Shown: positions 11,889 through 21,542 of the stretch, one piece after another | How positions within the stretch are numbered: the stretch's first letter is position 1 | Layout: each line of letters starts with the position of its first letter | From: an uncultured Planctomycetaceae bacterium | GTDB taxonomy: Bacteria > Planctomycetota > Planctomycetia > Planctomycetales > Planctomycetaceae | Length of the DNA stretch: 64,000 nucleotides | Reading direction: 5' to 3' | NCBI GenBank assembly: GCA_963976765.1 | Contig: CAXBME010000004.1 | Span: 310,001-374,000 of the forward strand | Position numbers and translations under genes: made by a program | Notes under the pieces: generated by a model | The model's input: the letters and a program-made list of their open reading frames with translations, nothing else | Told to the model about the DNA's origin: nothing | Databases searched by the model: none

Positions 11889-11994
11889 AGTTCTTGCGAA
11901 CGCTGGGTTGCCTTTCGCGATCGAGATCCGTTTCCAGCTCGAATGACGAGCCTTCGGGACCTCTCGCCCCTGAACCTTTGACACTGGACATCCC

Positions 11995-12666
11995 TTGGCT
12001 CTACTCCCCTGGGAATATGGAATCCGGAATCTGTTGCGTCGTCCGCTGCGCAGTGGACTGACGTTGCTGGGATTAACGACCGTCGTTCTGCTGGTGCTTG
12101 TTGTCGTCGGCTTCGTGCGAGGTCTCGAACGCGCGCTGGCGGTCAGTGGCGACCCGCGCACGGTAATCGTCTTTTCACTCGGCATGGGCGAAAATCTGGA
12201 ATACTCGTCCGTGCCGATGAGAACCTCAGACCTCGTCGCCGCCAGCATCGTCGGCGTTCAGGAACAACATGGAAGGAAGTTTGCCTCGCCGGAACTCTAC
12301 CTCGGCACTCAAATCCGCACGTCCCGCGAAGGCATCCCCGGCATGGGGCTCGTGCGAGGTGTCACTCCGGCGGCGTTGCTGGTCCATTCGAACATCGAAA
12401 TAACTGCTGGCGACTGGCCGCGTTCAAACGAGGTCATGATCGGTCGGTTAGCGGCGACAAAGATCGGAGCGACAGAAGAAGGCACCCGCATCGGTCAGTC
12501 GTTGTGGCTGGAAGGTCGTGAGTGGAAAATCAGCGGCGTGTTTGCTGCTGCGGGAGACATGCTGGAAGTGGCCGACGGGTTAAACATCGCCAGCCGGTTG
12601 ATCGAATCCAGTACGGAATCGCTCGCCGACGGCGACCGGATTGAGGTAACGAATCATGCTGATTGA
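11995..12666 (+). pseudogene. Truncated MacB/FtsX-type ABC permease fused in frame to the C-terminal tail of a membrane-fusion (periplasmic adaptor) protein
   Basis: RNLLRRPLRSGLTLLG plus MacB periplasmic domain up to ISGVFAAAG, then an MFP-like tail LEVADGL...LADGDRIEV; no FtsX transmembrane domain. Confidence 0.7.
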
Positions 12667-13393
12667 AGTTCGAAACCTGACGAAGTCATTCCAGAAGGGT
12701 GACGAGACGATCACGCCGTTGCGCGATGTCAGCCTCGATATCGACGAGCGGGAATTCGTCTCACTGATGGGGCCGAGCGGGACCGGCAAGTCAACACTGC
12801 TGAACCTGATCGCGGGCATCGACAAACCAACGTCTGGGACGATTACAGTCAATGGGACCGAGATCACGACGATTTCACGCAGCCGTCTGGCCAAATGGCG
12901 AGCGGTCAATGTGGGCTACATTTTTCAGACTCACAATCTGATTCCCGTTCTGACCGCGTACGAAAACGTCGAGCTACCGTTGCTCCTGCTTCCGTTCAAT
13001 CGGGCGGAGAGACGACGACGCGTTCAGATCGCGCTCGAAGCCGTCGAACTGCTGGACCGCGCAAGTCACTATCCGAGACAGCTATCCGGCGGACAGGAGC
13101 AACGAGTCGGCATCGCACGGGCAATCGTCACTGATCCCAGAGTCGTTGTCGCCGACGAACCAACTGGCGACCTCGACTCAGCAACGTCGTCACACATTCT
13201 TGAGCTGCTGCAACGCCTGAACTCTGACCTCGGCACAACGCTGCTGATGGTCACACACGATGCCGATGCAGCAGCGGTTGCCGGACGCCAGTTGCGACTG
13301 GACGATGGGCGACTGATTTCTGACGAACGCAACGGTTCCGGGCATGTCGTTGACGCACCGCAGCCAAAGCCAGGGAAGGGTATCCATGTTTAA
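12656..13393 (+). CDS. ABC transporter ATP-binding protein (LolD/MacB family)
   Basis: [31 protein letters not shown]. Confidence 0.95.
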   Translation: MLIEVRNLTKSFQKGDETITPLRDVSLDIDEREFVSLMGPSGTGKSTLLNLIAGIDKPTSGTITVNGTEITTISRSRLAKWRAVNVGYIFQTHNLIPVLTAYENVELPLLLLPFNRAERRRRVQIALEAVELLDRASHYPRQLSGGQEQRVGIARAIVTDPRVVVADEPTGDLDSATSSHILELLQRLNSDLGTTLLMVTHDADAAAVAGRQLRLDDGRLISDERNGSGHVVDAPQPKPGKGIHV

Positions 13394-14522
13394 GTTCATG
13401 CCTTATCTGCTGAAAACGCTGTGGCGACATCGAGCGAGGACGATGCTTACCGTCAGCGGCTCAGCCGTTGCGTTGTTTGTGTTCTGTTTTGTCGGATCGG
13501 TGCAGGAAGGACTCGACCGACTGACTTCGCAGAAGGACTCGACGCTGATCGTTTTTCAAGCAAACAAGTTCTGTCCGGCAACCAGCCACCTGCCTCAGGA
13601 CTACGATCAGATCATTCGCAAGATGCCCGGTGTCCGCGAAGTCGTGCCGATTCAGGTCTTCACCAACAACTGCCGCGCAAGTCTGGACGTTGTCGTTTTT
13701 TACGGGGTACCCGCTGAAAAAGTTCAAAAGATTCGCGACTTCGAACTGATCGAAGGAAGCTGGGACGAATTCAAATCAAACCAGGACGCCGGCATCGTTG
13801 GCGAAGCCGTTGCTCGTCGTCGCGGCCTGAAGCTCGGTACGAAATTTTCCGTCGGCGAGGTGAAGGTCACTGTCGCCGGAATTTTCAACAGCTCGAACAA
13901 GTCGGAAGAAGACTATGTTTACACGCATCTGGATTTTCTCCAGAGAACTCCCGGCATGAATCTTGTTGGAACCGTCACACAGCACGAGGTCGTGCTGAAT
14001 AATGCTGACGATTCGGTCAGGATGGCCCGTGCGATCGACGACAAATTTCGCGGTGGCCCCGTCGAAACAGATACTCGCACCAAGGGAGTGTTTCAGGCGT
14101 CAAGCCTCTCGGATCTGATCGACCTGATCGAACTTTCGCATTATCTCGGCTATGCCTGTGTCGGCCTGATGACGATGCTGATTTCGACGACGACCTTCAT
14201 GGCCGTGCAGGATCGGATCAAAGAACACTCGATCCTTCAGACCTTGGGATTCTCGGGTTCGATCGTCTTCTTACTCGTACTGGCCGAAAGCGTGCTGATC
14301 AGCATCGGCGGCGGAGTCGTCGGAACGGGCGCGGCCATGCTGACGCTGGCCAGCTCTGGATTGTCAGTCGGAGCCGAAGCGGTCACCATCGCTTTTTCGC
14401 CGTCGATCAAGCTCGCAACGGCGGGCCTTACCGGCTCTCTGATTGTCGGTTTCGTGGCGGGCGTTCTTCCCGCAATGGCCGCCGCGCGAGCCGACATTGT
14501 CACTGGACTCCGTCAAGCCTGA
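13386..14522 (+). CDS. ABC transporter permease (MacB/FtsX family)
   Basis: N-terminal TM, periplasmic domain, [14 protein letters not shown] and three C-terminal TMs ending [10 protein letters not shown]. Confidence 0.92.
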   Translation: MFKFMPYLLKTLWRHRARTMLTVSGSAVALFVFCFVGSVQEGLDRLTSQKDSTLIVFQANKFCPATSHLPQDYDQIIRKMPGVREVVPIQVFTNNCRASLDVVVFYGVPAEKVQKIRDFELIEGSWDEFKSNQDAGIVGEAVARRRGLKLGTKFSVGEVKVTVAGIFNSSNKSEEDYVYTHLDFLQRTPGMNLVGTVTQHEVVLNNADDSVRMARAIDDKFRGGPVETDTRTKGVFQASSLSDLIDLIELSHYLGYACVGLMTMLISTTTFMAVQDRIKEHSILQTLGFSGSIVFLLVLAESVLISIGGGVVGTGAAMLTLASSGLSVGAEAVTIAFSPSIKLATAGLTGSLIVGFVAGVLPAMAAARADIVTGLRQA

Positions 14523-14543
14523 AGTATTCGATCATGCAGCCCC

Positions 14544-14665
14544 TGACGCAAAGCCACAAAGGAACAAAGCACGGCAGAACCACAACGATGCTGGTCACCA
14601 CGGATTTACGTGGCTGGAAAGGAATGCTTTAAAAATCATCCGTGCTTATCTGTGTAATCTGCGGC
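14544..14665. repeat. Degenerate 9-nt-periodic palindromic intergenic repeat (REP-like)
   Basis: TGACGCAAAGCCACAAAGGAACAAAG and CCACGGATTT...ATCCGTGCTTATCTGTGTAATCTGCGG; relatives at 18945, 20280, 24062, 53679. Confidence 0.5.
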
Positions 14666-14764
14666 CTTCTTATTTGAGAGCCCTGGCAGAAGAACAACAG
14701 GTGCTGTGCCTGCATCCGCTCTGCATTCCTTCCTGCACCGGCATGTGCATTAACGAGGCAACTT

Positions 14765-16915
14765 ATGAAATCGCTCCATCTCGCTCTTCTTCTGTTTGTG
14801 GCCACGGGTTCAATCGTTTCAGCGCAGAGCAACCACCCAAATATCATCGTCATGATGGCTGATGACATGGGTCTGGGCGATACGAGTGCCTATCAGGACT
14901 TCACCGGAAACAGCGACGCGGATCAGATTCACACTCCGAATATGGAACGTCTCGCCCGAATGGGTGTCCGCTTTACTGATGCTCACACGCCATCATCTCG
15001 ATGTTCGCCGACTCGGTACGGGCTGCTGACCGGGCGATATCCCTGGAGAAACCGCCTGAAGCATTGGGTGCTGTTTGGTTCGCAGGGCGACCCCATGATA
15101 GAGGCCGACCGTCCGACCCTTGCCACCATGCTGCGAGACAATGGCTACTCCACTGCGATGGTTGGCAAGTGGCACGTTGGGCTGAGATATAGACGGTCAG
15201 ATGGCAAACCGGCTGCTGGCTGGGACGATGCCGACCTGACTCAACCTCTGTTTGACTGTCCGTTGGATCATGGCTTCGACGAATGCCAGTTCACATCGCG
15301 GTCGCACGGGACGTCGGGGCCATCACGCGGCGGTAAGAAACTGAACGGCCCGAAACAAAATGTTGGACCAGGTCACATCGTTGGGCGAATGCCCATCGCG
15401 GCCACTCCGAACGGTAAGCAGTTGGTCGCCGACGGGGCAAAGGCGTACGTTCTGGAAGAGCTGGGTGGCCGGCACTCTGATAACGCCATGCACTACTTGC
15501 AAAGTCACGTTTCAGGCGAAGTTTCACAGACCAGGCCGTTCTTTCTCTACTACGCCAGCAACTCGAATCACTCCCCTTACACACCGGACTCACACGTTGG
15601 CGATCGGCCTGTTGCGGGTGTCGCGAAGAATGTCGCCGGTCACTCGCTGAACGCTCGTGGCGACTTTGTTTATGAGAACGACGTCGCGCTGGGTCGTATG
15701 ATCGACTGGCTACAGACGACTGATGATCCGCGAACCCCTGCCAGGAAACTGATCGAAACGACCATCGTCATCTTCACCAGTGACAACGGAGCAGAAATCG
15801 ACACAGCCGCGGCAACCGGGCCGTTCCGCAGTAATAAAGGTTCAGTTTACGAAGGCGGGCATCGTGTGCCGTTCCTGGTTTCATGGCCGGCCGGCGGAGT
15901 CGGAGATGGCAATCCAAACACGCCCGGACATGACAGCCAGGAGTTGATCGGGCTGCACGATCTGTTCGCGACGTTCTCGGAAGTTGTCGGCTCGAAAGTT
16001 CCCGATTTGAAAGCCGGAGACAAAGGGGGCGAGGACAGCACGAGTGTTCTTTCAGCCTGGCGAGGCCAATCACTGCCGAGTCGCCCCATGTTTTACCACG
16101 ATCACAAACAGGCTAAGGACGGAGCCGCATCGGCAATTCGAATCAATGATCCGACGGTTGGACCGAAAACTTTCGCTGGCAAGTGGAAACTTTTCTTCGA
16201 TGCGTCGCTGTTACGAATGGGGGAAGCTCGTCCTGTTGAGTTGTTCGACCTGCAATCTGATTCAGAAGAAACGCACGACCGACTGCGGGAAGATGCACTG
16301 AAGCCGCTCGTCGAATATTTGACCGAACTGGCATTGCTGCATCGCAACTCGGGCGGGCACGGCCTCGCCGAAATTGCCACCGATGAGCGGATCAGTTTTG
16401 ACTGGCGTGCGAAGCCTGCGTCATCAGTGCCGGACCGTTCCATAACCAGCCAGGTGGCAAAGCAGTTTGAAGGGCATTCGACAGACGGCTGCACCGTAGT
16501 GAACTCAGGGCTATCGATGACGATTCGAGGAGTGCAGAACGACGAAGCAACATCCGGTGCCATTTTTACGTCGAATGAACGGGGACTCGGCATTTCTTCC
16601 GGAAAGGTAAAGCAGATCGATCAGGGAGAAGCTCTACTGGTCAGCTTTGACGAAGATGTCATCGTGGAGTCCGCGGCTATCGTTGCCGGCAACGGAACGT
16701 GCGGCGGATTTTATCGAGTCAGCGATCACGCGCCACTGGCGATCTACTGTGTCGATGCTGACATCGACGCGAAAGACCAATCAGGACTGCTCAGCGACAT
16801 CGGTGTGCTGAAGAAAGGCCAGTTGCTACGGCTGGATAGCTCGCCGCACTTTGGCACGGAATCGCCGGGACAATGGCGACTCGGTGCGTTGACTGTGCGA
16901 CGGTTGAAAAAATGA
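14765..16915 (+). CDS. Exported formylglycine-dependent sulfatase with C-terminal extension
   Basis: Signal peptide, PNIIVMMADDMG, CSPTR (CxPxR), GKWH, FTSDNG, KGSVYEGGHRVP. Confidence 0.93.
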   Translation: MKSLHLALLLFVATGSIVSAQSNHPNIIVMMADDMGLGDTSAYQDFTGNSDADQIHTPNMERLARMGVRFTDAHTPSSRCSPTRYGLLTGRYPWRNRLKHWVLFGSQGDPMIEADRPTLATMLRDNGYSTAMVGKWHVGLRYRRSDGKPAAGWDDADLTQPLFDCPLDHGFDECQFTSRSHGTSGPSRGGKKLNGPKQNVGPGHIVGRMPIAATPNGKQLVADGAKAYVLEELGGRHSDNAMHYLQSHVSGEVSQTRPFFLYYASNSNHSPYTPDSHVGDRPVAGVAKNVAGHSLNARGDFVYENDVALGRMIDWLQTTDDPRTPARKLIETTIVIFTSDNGAEIDTAAATGPFRSNKGSVYEGGHRVPFLVSWPAGGVGDGNPNTPGHDSQELIGLHDLFATFSEVVGSKVPDLKAGDKGGEDSTSVLSAWRGQSLPSRPMFYHDHKQAKDGAASAIRINDPTVGPKTFAGKWKLFFDASLLRMGEARPVELFDLQSDSEETHDRLREDALKPLVEYLTELALLHRNSGGHGLAEIATDERISFDWRAKPASSVPDRSITSQVAKQFEGHSTDGCTVVNSGLSMTIRGVQNDEATSGAIFTSNERGLGISSGKVKQIDQGEALLVSFDEDVIVESAAIVAGNGTCGGFYRVSDHAPLAIYCVDADIDAKDQSGLLSDIGVLKKGQLLRLDSSPHFGTESPGQWRLGALTVRRLKK

Positions 16916-17034
16916 TGCAGGCACAGCAGCCAGTTTGTGGCATCTGCCACTGCCGTTTCGCAATCATAAGATTCATGAGCTTCCGCACTGGACGAGGCGG
17001 CGGTACACGAGGGCGGCCTTCATTTTCAGCAGTC

Positions 17035-18699
17035 TTACCCCTGGCTTTCGCCTTCCAGTTGAACGGTCTCTTTTTCGTTGAGGGATGAAGTGTCGACGCC
17101 GCGACTTTGCATGATGCCTTCGACGGTTGCTCTCACACCTGGCAGGTGAGTTGCCAATTGCTTGAACGCCGGACGGGACACGCTGATGACGTCGGTGTCG
17201 ACTTTTGCCACGACGGCTGCCGATCGAGGCTTGTCCGAAACCAGCGCGATTTCACCAAACACTTCGCCCTTGCCGATTGTGGCGACGGCTTTGCCATTGA
17301 CGATAATCTCTGCCTCGCCTTTGACGACTGAGTACAGCTTGTCGCCGTAGTCACCCTGGTCGAAAATCTTTTCGCCCTGATGGAAATGTTCCTGAATTAT
17401 CGATTCGTGTTGGAAGATCCGGACCTGCGTAATGTCTCGTGGCAAGAGCAGATCGAGCCACCAGTCGATGGCAATTCGAATCTGACGATCAAAGCCTGGG
17501 AACTTGGAAAGATAAACGGCTCGCCAGAAGACCCAGGCGACGATGCCTTTCATTTTGAAACCGAAGACTTCAGCAACGGCAGACATTCGACCAAGCGACG
17601 CCAGTTTACCGAGTCCGGTAAAGCCGAAGCGTTTCATCTTCTTACCGCGAATCGTCGCGAGGATGTTGTTGGCACAGGTTTTTGCCTGACGAAGAGCATG
17701 CTGTGCGGTCGGCGGCGACGTGATGCCGTCAACCTGAGGGACCGCAGCACAGTCTCCGACAGCCCACAGGCCAGGATGATCCGGCACGTCGAGGTTTTCG
17801 GTCACGACGATGCGACCGCGATCCAGTTCGCACGGCAGGCTGGTGACAAGATCGTGCGGCGCTGACGGAACGGTCGTCACGATCGTCCGCGACGGAATGG
17901 TGACGGACTCTTTCGTTGCTTTGTCCATCACAATGGCACCGTCGCCGGAAACGGCTCGCAATCGGACGTTGAGCTGAATTTCCACACCGCGAGCTTCGAG
18001 AATTTCCTGAGCATAGATTGCCAGGCTTTCTCCGAGTTCAGGCAGAATCCGGTCGGCACTCTGCAGCAGCACGCAGCGAATCTCTTCCCGCTTGATGCCA
18101 GGATAAGCCTTGATCGCGCTGGTCAGAAAGTCATTCAACTCGGCAATGCACTCGACACCTGAGAAACCGCCCCCCCCGACCACAAAAGTCAGCAGCCGCT
18201 TGCGTTCTTCGGGGTCTGTCTCGATAGCCGCCTCTTCGAGAACGCCGACCGCCTGGTTCCGCAGTCGAAGTGCGTCGCCCAGATACTTGAAGGGAATCGC
18301 GTGCTCGCGCATGCCTGGCACGAGGTCATAATTCAGCTTCGTTCCCAGACCAACGACCAGATGGTCGTATTTCAGAACGATCGGCTTCGGAACGTACTCG
18401 GGAGCCAGCCGGACTGTTTTCTTTTCGATGTCAATTTCTTCGATCAGGCGAGTGTAGAGCTGAGCGTGTTTGGCCATCCGCCGAATCGGCGTGATGCAGT
18501 GCAGCGTTTCGATCGTGCCCGAGATAACTTCCGGAAGAAACGGCTGAAAAACGATGTAATTCTCGTTGCTGACGATGGTAACCTCGATGTTCGCCCGCTC
18601 TTCGGCCGTCATACCCTTGCCGAGGAACATGGCGGTGTAAACGCCAGCAAAGCCGCCACCTAGAATCAGAATCCTCTTCTTGCCGTCTGATGATGCCAT
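17035..18699 (-). CDS. ndh: Type II NADH dehydrogenase (NDH-2) family flavoprotein with C-terminal cyclic-nucleotide-binding domain
   Basis: GGGFAG and GGGFSGVE Rossmann motifs, FQPFLPEV, WAVGDCA, PPTAQHA; C-terminal IFDQGDYGD...FGEIAL...PRSAAV. Confidence 0.88.
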   Translation of the reverse strand: MASSDGKKRILILGGGFAGVYTAMFLGKGMTAEERANIEVTIVSNENYIVFQPFLPEVISGTIETLHCITPIRRMAKHAQLYTRLIEEIDIEKKTVRLAPEYVPKPIVLKYDHLVVGLGTKLNYDLVPGMREHAIPFKYLGDALRLRNQAVGVLEEAAIETDPEERKRLLTFVVGGGGFSGVECIAELNDFLTSAIKAYPGIKREEIRCVLLQSADRILPELGESLAIYAQEILEARGVEIQLNVRLRAVSGDGAIVMDKATKESVTIPSRTIVTTVPSAPHDLVTSLPCELDRGRIVVTENLDVPDHPGLWAVGDCAAVPQVDGITSPPTAQHALRQAKTCANNILATIRGKKMKRFGFTGLGKLASLGRMSAVAEVFGFKMKGIVAWVFWRAVYLSKFPGFDRQIRIAIDWWLDLLLPRDITQVRIFQHESIIQEHFHQGEKIFDQGDYGDKLYSVVKGEAEIIVNGKAVATIGKGEVFGEIALVSDKPRSAAVVAKVDTDVISVSRPAFKQLATHLPGVRATVEGIMQSRGVDTSSLNEKETVQLEGESQG

Positions 18700-18944
18700 T
18701 TGGATCGTACCCGTCCTGGGAATAATGTTGCGGTGCTCGACACGCTGGACAGAGTCAGCCTGGAGACGTTGCGGGAGCATAACCCTGAGCCTCGCATTCG
18801 CCAATCGGGCTGAGTTTTGAGTCTCATTCCCAGCAGGTCGGGAGCTGCCTGGCCTGTGAAAAACGGACTGCTTAAAAACGCATTCCGGCAGGATGGATTT
18901 TCCGCGACACTGCCTGTCCTTACGACCTGACGACACAGAGATTG

Positions 18945-19025
18945 AACCACGGAAGAATCGAAAAGACACAGAATTCAGGCTTGTCGCCTGAGCCTCTTTT
19001 CACGTGTTCCGTGTATTTCATGGTT
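18945..19025. repeat. Degenerate palindromic intergenic repeat
   Basis: AACCACGGAA...TTTCATGGTT outer arms with inner hairpin TCAGGC-TTGTC-GCCTGA. Confidence 0.5.
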
Positions 19026-19089
19026 GAACTTCCAGCATTGTGGTTTTCGAGAGTCTTCGGATCAGGCCAGCAAAGGATTGCCGCCGCTC

Positions 19090-20217
19090 GTGAGCGATGC
19101 CGTAACAATTCGACGCATTCCGTGGACACTGATTGGTACAGCCGTCGTGCTGTTTCTGATCGGGCTGAGCGCAATCGCGCGCGGCGACGCATTATACGAT
19201 CTCGGCGAGTTCGCGCCTCGGCAGCGCATCTGGGCAGTCATGGGACTCGGCGTCTTCGTCGTCGGAGCGTCCTGGCCGTACCACCGGCTCAAATGGCTCA
19301 GCTACGGCCTGTATGGAATCTGCATGGTGCTGCTCGTTGTTGTGTTCTTCATGCCGGCGAAGAATTACTCGCACCGCTGGATCCCGCTGGGCTTTATGAA
19401 CTTTCAACCGTCCGAACTGGCCAAACTGGCGTACATCGCTGCTCTGGCACGGTACCTCATGCACCGAGACAGCTTTCGCAACTGGCTGGGCCTGGTGCCG
19501 CCGTTTCTGATGACGCTGTTTCCGGTCGCACTGATTCTTAAAGAGCCCGATCTGGGGACGTCGATGCTGTTCTTCCCGGTCCTGTTTGCGATGCTGTTTG
19601 CCGCCGGAGCGCGTCCGAAACACCTCGTCACGATCGGCCTGCTCGGAACGATGTGCGTGCCGATTCTCTGGCTGCAGATGAGCGCCGAACAGAAGTCGCG
19701 GATAGTATCGGTGTTTACGCAGAAGACAGGCGGCGACGCTCCCGATGACGACGGTTACCACCTTCACCAGTCCAAGCGAGTCTTCGCACTGGGTGGTGTC
19801 TGGGGCAGCCAGCTTGCCGGCATGCCGATTCAAAGTCGACGCGCCTACCACTTACCGGAGTCACGCACAGACTTCGTGTTCTGTCTGGTCGGCGAGCGTT
19901 GGGGACTTGTTGGTTGCCTGATCACAGTGATTCTTTTTCTGGCATTGATCGGTCGAGGACTGCTCATCGCTGCCGATACTCGCGATCCGTTCGGTCGACT
20001 ACTGGCTGTCGGAATCGTCGCCCTGATCGGTTCACAGACGCTCATCAACACAGGCATGACGGTCGGCCTGCTGCCGATTACCGGCATGACTCTGCCGATG
20101 ATGAGTTACGGCGGCTCAAGTCTGATCGCCACCTGCCTGGCTCTCGGCCTGCTGGTCAACATCGAACTGCGACCGACCTACGCCACCGGCTCCGAACCGT
20201 TCCGCTTCGCCGACTGA
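19090..20217 (+). CDS. rodA: SEDS family peptidoglycan glycosyltransferase (RodA/FtsW); start approximate
   Basis: RWIPLG, FQPSELAKL, EPDLGT, GYHLHQS, LPESRTDFVF, GMTLPMMSYGGSS. Confidence 0.9.
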   Translation: MSDAVTIRRIPWTLIGTAVVLFLIGLSAIARGDALYDLGEFAPRQRIWAVMGLGVFVVGASWPYHRLKWLSYGLYGICMVLLVVVFFMPAKNYSHRWIPLGFMNFQPSELAKLAYIAALARYLMHRDSFRNWLGLVPPFLMTLFPVALILKEPDLGTSMLFFPVLFAMLFAAGARPKHLVTIGLLGTMCVPILWLQMSAEQKSRIVSVFTQKTGGDAPDDDGYHLHQSKRVFALGGVWGSQLAGMPIQSRRAYHLPESRTDFVFCLVGERWGLVGCLITVILFLALIGRGLLIAADTRDPFGRLLAVGIVALIGSQTLINTGMTVGLLPITGMTLPMMSYGGSSLIATCLALGLLVNIELRPTYATGSEPFRFAD

Positions 20218-20350
20218 TCGATTGCGAACCAGCTGGGTTGGCATTGCCCACCAGACTCTGTCGTTCTCTCTGTGAGATCCTTGGCGTCTTCGCGATTTTG
20301 CGTCAGACTCAGACAAACCTGATTCGGCAGCACGATCGAGGAACCATTTC

Positions 20351-21172
20351 ATGAAACTCGGACTGATCAATTCCGCCTGGGCGCAGGCTGGCCGCGACAC
20401 CGCCTGGGGCATTCAGAAAACGAACGAACTCGGTTTCGACTCGATCGACATCTTCACCGACCCACTCGACATCGACGTCCGCGAACGTCGCCTGATCAAA
20501 GACGAGTGCGACCGGGTCGGCCTGCCAATCATGTCGATCTGCTGCGTCGCCGTCGGACTGATCGACTTCAACCCAAGCGTGCAGCGGTTCAGCATCGACC
20601 GCGTGAAGGCGTATCTCGACCTTGCCTACGAGTACCAGGCAAAGAACGTGCTGCTGGTTCTGGGAGAATATATCTGGGCGCAGGAAGTCATCCCGCCAGC
20701 CGAACAATGGAAGACCGGCGTCGACAATTGCCGACTACTGGCCGAGTATGCCGAGAGTCTTGGAGTGCGGATCGCGCTGGAACTGGAGCCGTTTCCGCTG
20801 TCGCTGCTCAACAACGTCGACAACATGGTTCGCTTTATCGACGACGTCAGCCACCCGGCCCTCCAGGCCAACATCGACGTCTCCCACCTCTTACTGGCAG
20901 ACGTTGAACCTGCTCAGCTTCAGAAACTGGCTGGAAAAGCCATCCACGTCCACATCTCCGACTGCGATGGCAAGGTCCACGGCGATCTGCCGCCCGGGCG
21001 CGGAGTCGTCAACTTCCAACCGTACCTCGACGAGATCCGCAAGCTCAACATCGAAGGCGCGATCTCGATCGAACTGGAATACTCACCAGAACCCGACAGG
21101 ATCGAAGAGTGGGTCGCCGAAGCCTACGCCGCCACCGCGACACTGCTCGCTGAAACCGGACTGCGAGACTGA
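20351..21172 (+). CDS. Sugar phosphate isomerase/epimerase (xylose-isomerase-like TIM barrel)
   Basis: IALELEP, NIDVSH, HVHISD, HGDLPPGRG, ISIELE. Confidence 0.9.
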   Translation: MKLGLINSAWAQAGRDTAWGIQKTNELGFDSIDIFTDPLDIDVRERRLIKDECDRVGLPIMSICCVAVGLIDFNPSVQRFSIDRVKAYLDLAYEYQAKNVLLVLGEYIWAQEVIPPAEQWKTGVDNCRLLAEYAESLGVRIALELEPFPLSLLNNVDNMVRFIDDVSHPALQANIDVSHLLLADVEPAQLQKLAGKAIHVHISDCDGKVHGDLPPGRGVVNFQPYLDEIRKLNIEGAISIELEYSPEPDRIEEWVAEAYAATATLLAETGLRD

Positions 21173-21542
21173 AACGACGCATTCGCACACTGTCGTTTAT
21201 CTCGAATGAGCCGGGACCTTTACAGCAGCGAAGTTGCACAGGCTGGGTCTTGCCTCAGCTTGAAGGTTTCGCTGGGATCTGTCCCAGTCTACCTGCTGCG
21301 CGGCAGCCGTTTTGAATCGATCCTGCCAACTCGCACAGGCTGTTTGGCTGTCAGGCTGACTGCTGATTTTGACTCGACACGTTCTTCAGCATGAAATACG
21401 GTCTTCCGGCATTTTGTAGCTTTTGCTATGACTCGGCTTCAGAACCGGGGCACAGTGTGTTGGCTCGCCGGTTGAACAGGGGGAGTTCGTCTGAAAGATC
21501 GGGAATCGATCAGGGCGGACAGGTTGTCGGGAAAGGATTCCC

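Noticed and set aside
18700..18969. 90-aa N-terminal extension of NDH-2 in the ORF track (likewise extensions on clpC, yidC and DUF1559)
   Set aside because: Family homology starts at downstream start codons; the extensions look non-coding
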